DNA from: an uncultured Chloroflexia bacterium
GTDB lineage: Bacteria; Chloroflexota; Limnocylindria; Limnocylindrales; CSP1-4
DNA length: 64,000 bases
NCBI GenBank assembly: GCA_963762445.1
Contig: CAVXLA010000005.1
Span: 554,803 to 618,802 of the forward strand
Direction of reading: 5' to 3'
Each line of letters begins with the position of its first letter. Position 1 is the first letter of the stretch. A program made the translations under genes and the position numbers. Below, piece after piece: positions 62,769-64,000 of the stretch. Under the pieces are notes generated by a model, which had not been told where the DNA came from, did no database searches, and worked only from the letters and a program-made list of their open reading frames with translations.

Positions 62769-64000
62769 ATGACAGCACCCCGACGAGTCGACCCGCCGGA
62801 TCGGGAGGCCGCACGCGCCCCGTCAACGATCCCGGCGCCGCCGGCTGGGGACTGGCTGCTCGGCCATCAGCCCGCCCACGCCGCCGACCCCCTGGGGACG
62901 TTCCGCCGATGGTCGGCCGAGCATGGCGCTGCCGTGCGCCTGCGCTTCGGGCCGATCCGCGTCCTCCTGCTCACGAGCGCGGAGGCCGTGGAGGACGTGC
63001 TCGTGCGCGAGGCGGCGTCGTTCCGCAAGGCACCGGTCATTCGCCGCGTGGCTCGCTCCGTCATCGGCGACTCGGTCTTCACGGCCGAGGGCGAGAGCTG
63101 GTCGCGCCAGCGGGCCGTCCTGGAGCCGTTCTTCGGCCCGGAGCGCTCCGCGGCGCATGTTGCGGTGATCGTCGGGGAGACGACGGCGACCATCGCGCGC
63201 TGGGCGCCGGGCAGCGTGATCGACACGCTCGACGAGACGATGCGGCTGTCGCAGCGAATTGGCGGACGCCTCATCTTCGGGGCAGACGTTGCTGACGCCG
63301 ACGTCGAACGGGTGGCACGCGCCCTCGCGGTGACGGACGCGGACTTCCAGGAGCGGGTGGACTCGCTCCGCCTGTTCCTCGTGCCCGACTGGCTGCCGAC
63401 GCGCCGCGCCCGGCGGCGGCGGTTGGCGGTCGGGTCGATCGATGAGCTGGTCTACCGCCTGATGGACGCCCGTCGTCAGCGTCCGCTGGGCGGTCCTGAC
63501 CTCCTCGGCGAGCTGATCTCGCGGGAACCGGAGCTCCCCTGGCTCACCGATCGCCTCGTGCGCGACAACTTGGTGACGCTGCTCGTCGATAGTCGCGAGA
63601 ACCCCGGAATCCTCCTGACCTGGGCACTCCACCTGCTCGCCCGTCATCCCGAGGTCGCGCGGCAGGTCGCGATGGAGGTGGACGCGGTGCTCGGCGACCG
63701 TGATCCGACGGCCGCTGACCTTCCCCGCCTGGCCGCCGTGGGAGACGTCCTCCGCGAGACTCTGCGCCTCTACCCGCTCCTCTACAGCACCGGGCGCGAG
63801 GCGACGCGTGATTGCACGGTCGCCGGGATCGCGGTGCGGCGGGGCACCGTCTTCCTGCTCAGTCAGTTGGTCATGCATCGGGACGCGGCTCGGTTCCCGG
63901 ACCCGGATGCGTTCCGGCCGGACCGGTGGCGGGACGCCCCCAGCGAGTCGCTCCCGAAGGGCGCCTGTGCCCCGTTCGGCATCGGCCGCCGAACCTGCCT
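62769..64000 (+). CDS. cytochrome P450 (3' end cut by window edge)
   Basis: Manual translation of frame 3 from ATG 62769 (SD GAGGAGG at 62752-62758). I-helix region 'LVTLLVDSRENPGILLTW', ExxR 'LRETLRLYP', 'FRPDRW', and the heme loop 'FGIGRRTC' at 63975-63998. Not in the ORF track because it has no stop inside the window. Confidence 0.9.
   Translation, partial: MTAPRRVDPPDREAARAPSTIPAPPAGDWLLGHQPAHAADPLGTFRRWSAEHGAAVRLRFGPIRVLLLTSAEAVEDVLVREAASFRKAPVIRRVARSVIGDSVFTAEGESWSRQRAVLEPFFGPERSAAHVAVIVGETTATIARWAPGSVIDTLDETMRLSQRIGGRLIFGADVADADVERVARALAVTDADFQERVDSLRLFLVPDWLPTRRARRRRLAVGSIDELVYRLMDARRQRPLGGPDLLGELISREPELPWLTDRLVRDNLVTLLVDSRENPGILLTWALHLLARHPEVARQVAMEVDAVLGDRDPTAADLPRLAAVGDVLRETLRLYPLLYSTGREATRDCTVAGIAVRRGTVFLLSQLVMHRDAARFPDPDAFRPDRWRDAPSESLPKGACAPFGIGRRTC

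Noticed and set aside
62823-63878. 351-aa minus-strand ORF
   Set aside because: The plus strand in frame 3 gives a textbook cytochrome P450 (ExxR, FGIGRRTC) with an SD and ATG at 62769. The minus-strand ORF has no motifs.
51106-64000. Direct repeat of the tRNA-Arg 3' end (attR) delimiting a genomic island
   Set aside because: I could not find a copy by eye within the window and there is no integrase. The island hypothesis is therefore kept only as a compositional and synteny inference.

Overview
The window is a very GC-rich bacterial chromosomal segment; third codon positions are almost always G/C. It is densely packed, with about 65 CDS and 2 tRNAs. I found no rRNA, no CRISPR array and no recognisable transposase, phage or plasmid genes.

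Nt 1-51,000 is ordinary, mostly plus-strand housekeeping DNA. Its local gene orders are those conserved in Actinomycetota and Firmicutes:
- iscS-mnmA
- alaS-ruvX-mltG
- pepP...efp
- xseA-xseB-dxs-tlyA-nadK-recN-xerD
- scpA-scpB-rluB-cmk-plsC-ispH-der
- moaC-moaB
- an EtfD-like Fe-S oxidoreductase with etfBA
- nrdR-dcd
- a glutaredoxin-like/ccdA/tlpA thiol-redox operon

I cannot assign a taxon without a database search. A high-GC Terrabacteria lineage, probably actinobacterial, is the best guess.

After tRNA-Arg(CCT) at 51,030 the content becomes accessory-like:
- lipoprotein and ICMT-like methyltransferase
- MacB-type ABC exporter
- a NarL-type two-component system carrying three frameshifts
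- MFS transporter
- WS/DGAT and carboxylesterase
- a multidomain secreted protein
- a 3'-truncated cytochrome P450

The long R/P/G-rich ORFs antisense to real genes are GC artefacts.

I did not find a compelling defence-type or otherwise clearly novel system. The most unusual items are:
- an FtsA-like ATPase plus a large single-pass membrane protein wedged between alaS and ruvX
- the triple-frameshifted two-component system beside an intact ABC exporter
- tandem NrdR boxes in front of a translationally coupled nrdR-dcd pair
- a perfect GTGA-N6-TCAC palindrome between a crp/fnr gene and a tandem-duplicated small-domain gene
- a lipoprotein built from three about 85-aa repeats
- widespread TANNNT boxes 6-9 nt upstream of start codons, suggesting leaderless mRNAs

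All family assignments come from motifs read in the translations. Nothing was searched against a database.
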